This document shows positions 50,201 through 54,912 of a stretch of DNA of 54,912 nucleotides, piece after piece. The notes under the pieces were generated by a model. That model made no database searches, was not told the origin of the DNA, and saw only the letters and a program-made list of their open reading frames with translations. This DNA is from Catajapyx aquilonaris (taxonomy: Eukaryota). Each line of letters starts with the position of its first letter. The stretch's first letter is position 1. The DNA lies in contig JYFJ02002554.1 in the NCBI GenBank assembly GCA_000934665.2, positions 1 to 54,912 of the forward strand. Reading direction: 5' to 3'. The position numbers were made by a program, and so were the translations under genes.

Positions 50201-52086
50201 ACTTTTTTTCGAAAGTTGTAGTTCGCTAGTGAAAAAAAGTTGTGTTGGGCGATCCTTTTGACAGGTAAAAAATCTGAGTCATGTGGGTTAATATCCTACG
50301 ACTCCGCCAGGGGGAGGATTCACAAAAGAGCGCAAAGGGATACACCTGCGTAAGTTTAGTTCATTTTTCGCCACCGGGGGAGTGGCGCTGCGAGTTGAAT
50401 TCACAAAGCAGCGCAACTACTTACCACCGGGCGGATCTCTGCGCCTGGTCGGGGGGTACGTGTAAGTGGGAGCAGTGACATGGCTCCAATGTGGACCGGA
50501 GCTAGAAGTCGAAGATAGACCTCACCCAGCCTTTCCCCAGATAATCCGGGATCGCATACCGTTACATGCCGGCCATGGGTAGGCCTACTCACGGCGTAAA
50601 ATCCGGCCGACGACGAGGGGTTAATCACTCGTCAAGTCCGTTGTACACTCAACTTCCGAGTGATTTACCCCTCGGCACAGACAAAGCAACAGTTTCGGCC
50701 ACCTTTGCCTGACTGCCCACTGCCAATAGGTTATTTGGTTAGCTCGGGTAAGGAGTGGGAATAGTGGAATGTGTCCAAGTCCGGCTTGCCCCTAGACAAT
50801 CCGGCGGCAGCCTTGAGCGGGGGTCTGGCCCCAACCCTCAATAAACTAGTTGGTCTCCCTTTTTAATTTCAGCCGAGTGCTACAATTTTCAGGTATTCCA
50901 CCAAAGATGATAACTCTTTCCAAGCTCTTTCCCACCTTCCCTTAGTATCTTTGCCTTCCGCTAGGTTGGCGCTAGGGTGGGTTCTGGCTGGGTTCGGGTG
51001 GCTGTCTAACAACGCAGCCAATAGCGAGCCCCGTTACATGACACGTGACTTTTACCCTTGTGCCCCCCTTACACCGAGTGCTGCGCCGCTTTGTGAATCA
51101 CTTTACACCTCTCCCTACAACCGGTTGTAAGGGGAGCGTAAAGATATGGGTGTAAATCACTTACGCGCTCGAAAGTTGCGCTCTTTTGTGAATCCTCACC
51201 GGAGCCGTAGGATATTAACCCACATGACTCAGATTTTTTACCTGTCAAAAGGATCGCCCAACACAACTTTTTTTCACCAGCGAACTACAACTTTCGAAAA
51301 AAAGTGTTTTTCGAGCCGCTCTAATGAACACGCAGTGCATGGTTAATTGTGTGGGTCTTACGGGATCCTTACAGTTATAGATTGGCCAGCTAGATTTTCA
51401 ATGGGGGTGCCATGTCAGGTTGTGTAAATGACATATTTGAAACTAAAATATAAGAGTTAATTTCATCACAGGCTGGTTAAATAAATGTAGGACCTGGATA
51501 TGTGGAACATGCTGTGTAGCACCTATGTTGCTTAGGAAAAAATTACTGTTAGGATTAATTGAGGCACTTAGAACAAAAGTGCCCCAAGTCCAAAAAGATT
51601 ATGCTACAAAAATTGACCTGAAATGTCCCATGGTGGAGGCAATTCTCCTTGGAGCATAAAATATGATTACTCCATCTACTAACCAAATGTCCAAATGAGG
51701 ACCTACACCAACTTTGGACCAGCTTGGAGTAGTCTTCTGAGCGTGATGGAGGTCGTTTCTCGGCAGTGGCAAAAATGGACTTGGGCCACTTCTGTTCTAG
51801 GCGCCTCTATTGCCTCTAGTCCTTAGGTGGTACAATGACATTTTTTACAAGCACCATAAATGAATATACCACTGTCATGTCAGTCAATGTCATGAATCTT
51901 TACAGGACAATATCACTGATGTGGCTCTCAGGTGTGACCATCCTTGTTATGTGGACAGTTTGGAACTTCTTCCTCTCCAGGAGAGCAAGACTACAAGATT
52001 CTGAGAGATGCCAAGGAAATGCCAGAATCATGGCAAGAGGTGATAAGGTGGCACATACAAATGGAACTAAAACCCACCAACAGTGA
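34668..52086 (+). CDS. PTDSS2: Phosphatidylserine synthase 2, complete, 443 aa
   Basis: Exons 34668-34774, 41344-41445, 44887-45037, 45203-45337, 47447-47611, 48074-48307, 48368-48513, 49576-49686, 51906-52086; 1332 nt, phases consistent. In-frame TGA at 34656 bounds the start (alternative ATG at 34683). PSS2-type motifs: [84 protein letters not shown]. Confidence 0.95.
34861..35777 (-). mobile_element. Non-autonomous Helitron, copy 1
   Basis: On the minus strand: A|TC 5' end, 3' hairpin cccgggcaacgccggg followed by CTAG|T, no TSD. Both ends are shared with 43232-44700. Confidence 0.85.
35881..36921. mobile_element. Non-autonomous DNA transposon of about 1.04 kb
   Basis: TIRs ggtgagtcagggcaagtgc / gcacttgccctgactcacc. 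Repeated ggg(c/t)aagtgc motifs in both orientations; taa/tta flanks. Confidence 0.8.
37473..37664 (-). mobile_element. SINE family A, 5' head cut off by an adjacent TIR element (about 37676-38030, which contains a mini-MITE at 37874-37948)
   Basis: Body and B box match the other family A copies. Mini-MITE TIRs cagtcatgagcataaagatgtggac / gtccacatctttatgctcgtgactg with TA flanks. Confidence 0.8.
38386..38727 (-). mobile_element. tRNA-derived SINE, family B, full length
   Basis: Perfect 16-bp TSD gtattgagagtgtata at 38370-38385 and 38728-38743. A/B boxes and an A-rich tail on the minus strand. Confidence 0.92.
41734..41904. mobile_element. hAT/Charlie-like MITE, 171 bp, inserted at the end of another MITE (about 41908-42139)
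   Basis: TIRs cagcagttcttaa / ttaagaaccgctg. Perfect 8-bp TSD gtatagat at 41726-41733 and 41905-41912. Confidence 0.88.
42711..43141. mobile_element. hAT-like MITE
   Basis: Ends cagggatgtaac / gttatgcccttg; degenerate 8-bp TSD gtatgtgc/gtgtgtga; gccccagggccccc subterminal repeats. Confidence 0.65.
43232..44700 (-). mobile_element. Helitron, copy 2, retaining a decayed N-terminal coding fragment
   Basis: Same TC..hairpin-CTAG ends as copy 1. The minus strand from the ATG at 43832 reads [16 protein letters not shown], then after a frameshift [19 protein letters not shown], resembling the ET.EQR..RL repeats of Helitron proteins. Confidence 0.8.
44102..44696. mobile_element. 595-bp fold-back MITE, Tc1/mariner type, inserted in Helitron copy 2
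   Basis: CAGGGTG..CACCCTG ends and near-identical arms of about 280 bp. Flanks are TA/CA. Removing it plus the duplicated dinucleotide restores catttatagata as in copy 1. Confidence 0.92.
46193..46869. mobile_element. mariner-type MITE with TIRs of about 86 bp and an internal palindrome (about 46572-46780)
   Basis: TA|cgtgggttgtttcataagtcatt.. / ..aatgacttatgaaacaacccacg|TA. Inner arms ggctcaacctacattatgtttca / tgaaacataatgtaggttgagcc. Confidence 0.88.
46932..47269 (+). mobile_element. tRNA-derived SINE, family C, slightly 5'-truncated, with a (TA)n/A-rich tail
   Basis: B box ggggttcaaatccc. Perfect 16-bp TSD ataatggctcagttgt at 46916-46931 and 47270-47285. Confidence 0.85.
48562..48750 (+). 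mobile_element. Old, degenerate tRNA-derived SINE
   Basis: Eroded A/B-box-like head and a body resembling common arthropod SINEs (ggtttt..gtgtttt..ggatggta..aaaggtcac..ccttccc). Confidence 0.45.
49704..49933 (+). repeat. Segment duplicated at 53531-53732 plus 54884-54912
   Basis: Nearly identical sequence from gtatatcagaaataaaccc to cagggtatccgcc. This copy has a single ctacatag (49898-49905). Confidence 0.95.
50183..51323. mobile_element. 1141-bp non-autonomous hAT element
   Basis: TIRs longer than 120 bp (tagggcggctcgaaaaacact.. / ..agtgtttttcgagccgctcta). Perfect 8-bp TSD atgaacac at 50175-50182 and 51324-51331. Confidence 0.93.
51561..51807. mobile_element. MITE with GAG..CTC ends, Sola-like
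   Basis: TIRs gaggcacttagaacaaaagtgccccaagtcca / tggacttgggccacttctgttctaggcgcctc; flanks aatt/tatt. Confidence 0.65.
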
Positions 52087-53404
52087 AGAAGAAGAATACT
52101 GTTTATTTATTTATAAAGAACCCTAATGTTTTCTAGCCAAGTTTTGTTGTGCCAATTTGTAAACAAGTTGAGTCACTGCCAGTTTTGTATGAAAAATTAT
52201 TCCATGGTTTGGGACCAATGTTATGGTAGATGATGATGTAATATTGTGTCTTACTTTCAATCATAACAAATGTTACAGCACAGCCCATTTCTCGAGAGTA
52301 TTAAATGATTGTATGATTGCAGGTACACCACATGATTCCATCAGCCAAGAAAAATGTAGAGGGGCAATGTATGGTCCTGGCACACGTGTGTGAAACGTAG
52401 CACATAAAACTTGAGAAATGCAAGGGAGAGATATTCAGCACACATCACCATTGCTGTAGGTTCAAAACTACAAGAGAAAAACATAAGCCAGAGTGTGATA
52501 ACAAGTTAGAGTCTTGCGAAAAGAGTACTTTTCCTAATGTTGAGATATTTTGATTGCACATGTGCAGGAATATTCATGTACAGTTGCAAGCATAATGATG
52601 CAGATGGTCTTGGTAGGGACCATGTCCGTTGCATAACCAGCTGTGTCTGTGCTGCAATGCATGTATGCGTGGGGGAGTGTAATAATCTCGAATTACCCTA
52701 CTGTAAAGTGGCCCACTTTTGCATTAGTGCAAAGCCATCACCAGTTTTCCACTTAATTCATTGGAGTTCTTTCAAGTCTGCATTATTATGCTCTGACTGT
52801 ACAGGATTTTCATGAATTCCTAATGTCACATCATCAGAAAATTACTTTGCCTCAAAGGCGAATTACATTTCTCTGAGGGAAGCAATAGTCTTGGCAAAAA
52901 AACTGAGTTTGTTTTTCAGCCATGAGGTCATGACTTGCAGGGTGCCATAACTATCTCTAGCTTGTGTAATATTGAATATTTTTTTGCGCTTTGCTGACCT
53001 ACAGAAACTGATCCAGAAGCGAATGCAATAAATCACATCTACTTGATTGAGATCTGAGGTATGCGGACTACCTCCCTGAATTTTTCTGAATTTTAATCCA
53101 GGGAATTTAAAAAAAAAGGATGTAATTATCATTAAAATATAACTTTTTACAGCAGTCTGAATGGGTATTATAGACAGTAATTGCCTGAGAACTAATTGTT
53201 ACTCTGAAATGAGACTCAATATCAGACCCCTTGCATGTGCTATCATCCGGCCAATCACCATCACCATCATCCCCCTTGATGGCCACTACACTGCTACTTC
53301 CCTCAGATTTGTCACAGCAGATTTTTAGAGAACCTTCACTTTCTCAATCAAGAAACTCCTCAGCATCGCTAGTTTCGGGCGTGTTATCCAACTCTAGTTT
53401 GTGT

Positions 53405-53528
53405 CTAGTGTGATGATGTACTTTGATCCTCTGGAGTTGAAAGCAGGGGAGAGATGAGTGATGGCATACGACGTAGGCCTGACAACTCGGAATGGCGTGA
53501 CAGTGTGCTAGTCCCTGCTGCTAGCTCC
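53405..53528 (-). CDS. Possible terminal exon of an unidentified convergent gene
   Basis: Acceptor-like tttatttctgatatacag|g followed by ELAAGTSTLSRHSELSGLRRMPSLISPLLSTPEDQSTSSH*. No homology recognised. Confidence 0.25.
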
Positions 53529-53732
53529 CTGTATATCAGAAATAAACCCAAGTTTACACCAGTCAGGAAATGAATGGGACCTATGCACGTGTTGCACTGA
53601 CCCTTGGGAAAACAAGGTATCAGAGCTCTAATAGGCTCTGTTGCACGAAGCATCCACCACTAACATTGGATTTCTTTTTGAGTCCACACCCCATGGAAAA
53701 GGAATAATGTGTGAGACACCTTGTCTACATAG

Positions 53733-54875
53733 CGGGTTGTGAACCGAACCGAACCCTTGCTCCGTGAACCCGATAACATCGAACCCGCTCGGGAGCAGTA
53801 GAGTCGGAGTCCGGAGCGAGCGTCGGAACGGGGTACGGGTTCAAGCCGGTTCAGGGGAAGAGTGGAGCGAAGGTCAGAGCGGGTTCGGAGCGAACGGCTC
53901 CGGAGTTGAACCCGGTTCAGGAGCGGGTTCAGGAGCTGGTTCGGAGAGGTTCAAAGCTTGGTTAGGTACAACATACCAACCCAACAGGGGGAAAGGCAGT
54001 AAAACCGATGGATTTACTCCAGAGTATGCATCATGTTTTCATGGTGGGAGAATGACATTTCCAAGCACCCGCGATACAGGGTGTACCGCAAATGTCACAT
54101 TTTCATGTCATACGCGATTTGGTATGTTACAATATTATGTCATACGCATTTTTGTATGCCACAATATCTCATACCCATTTATTGGATGTCACATTCTCAT
54201 GTCATACGCATTTTTGTATGCTACAATATCTCATACCCATGTTTTTGGATGTCACATTCTCATGTCATATGCATTTTTGTATGCTACAAAGTCATACGCA
54301 TTTTTGCATGCTACAATATCTCATACCGATTTATTGGATGTCACATTCTCATGTCATGCATTTTATGTATGTTACAATAATATGATATTGTAACATACAA
54401 AAAATGCGTATGACATGAAAATGTGACATCCAAAAAAATGGGTACGAGATATCGTGTCATTCAAAAATGCGTATGACATATTCTAGCATACAAAAATGCG
54501 TATGACATGAGAATGTGACATTGGCGGTACACCCTGTATCGCGGGTGCTTGGAAATGTCATTCTCCCACCATGAAAACATGATGCATACTCTGGAGTAAA
54601 TCCATCGTTTGGGTTGGTATGCTGTACCTAACCAAGCTTTGAACCGCTCCTGAACCCGCTCCGGAACCCGATCCTGAACCGGGTTCAACTCCGGAGCCGT
54701 TCGCGCCCTGTTCGCGCTCCGAACCCGCTCCGACCTTCGCTCCACTCTTCCCCTGAACCGGCTTGAACCCGTACCCCGTTCCGGCGCTCGCTCCAGACTC
54801 CGACTCTACTGCTCCGGAGCGGGTTCGATGTTATCGGGTTCACGGAGCAAGGGTTCTGTTCGGTTCACAACCCTG
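53733..54875. mobile_element. 1143-bp palindromic hAT-like element with an inner TA-flanked unit (54077-54536) of about 62-bp tandem repeats
   Basis: Ends c(a)gggttgtgaaccgaac / gttcggttcacaaccctg. 8-bp TSD ctacatag at 53725-53732 and 54876-54883. Arms of about 340 bp are rich in gaaccc/gggttc repeats. Confidence 0.93.
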
Positions 54876-54912
54876 CTACATAGGTCTGCTGTGCTGTACC
54901 AGGGTATCCGCC

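Noticed and set aside
54090..54525. Repeat array that might be CRISPR-like, with overlapping ORFs such as 53764-54393
   Set aside because: These are tandem units without unique spacers, in a eukaryotic context with no cas genes. The ORFs arise from repetitive sequence.

Overview
Eukaryotic genomic DNA, probably an arthropod/insect (inferred from gene structure and repeat types; species cannot be determined). Four spliced housekeeping genes were reconstructed by hand with GT-AG introns and consistent phases: the 3' part of importin-7 (IPO7/msk, +, 13 exons, 954-11770, 5' end outside the window); NEDD8-conjugating enzyme UBE2M/Ubc12 (-, 4 exons, 14809-20389); eIF2-alpha (+, 2 coding exons, 25752-27124, with a probable non-coding first exon ending at 23200); and phosphatidylserine synthase 2 (PTDSS2-type, +, 9 exons, 34668-52086). 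Introns and intergenic DNA are packed with non-autonomous elements: long fold-back MITEs (TA, TTAA, TWA and 8-bp target-site classes), decayed mariner/Tc1 transposases, at least three tRNA-derived SINE families with 16-17 bp TSDs, and two Helitrons. I found no proven novel system. The best leads are: (i) three perfect CRE sites plus an ATF4-type CARE just upstream of the eIF2-alpha leader, which also carries a strong-context 4-codon uORF, suggesting stress-response feedback on eIF2-alpha itself; (ii) a triplicated poly(A) cassette after the eIF2-alpha stop; (iii) a 1.1-kb hAT palindrome with a second element exactly on its symmetry axis, inserted in a duplicated segment whose empty site is also in the window; (iv) a competing splice acceptor in IPO7 that would add a premature stop. 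All homology calls are from recall of protein families, not database searches.
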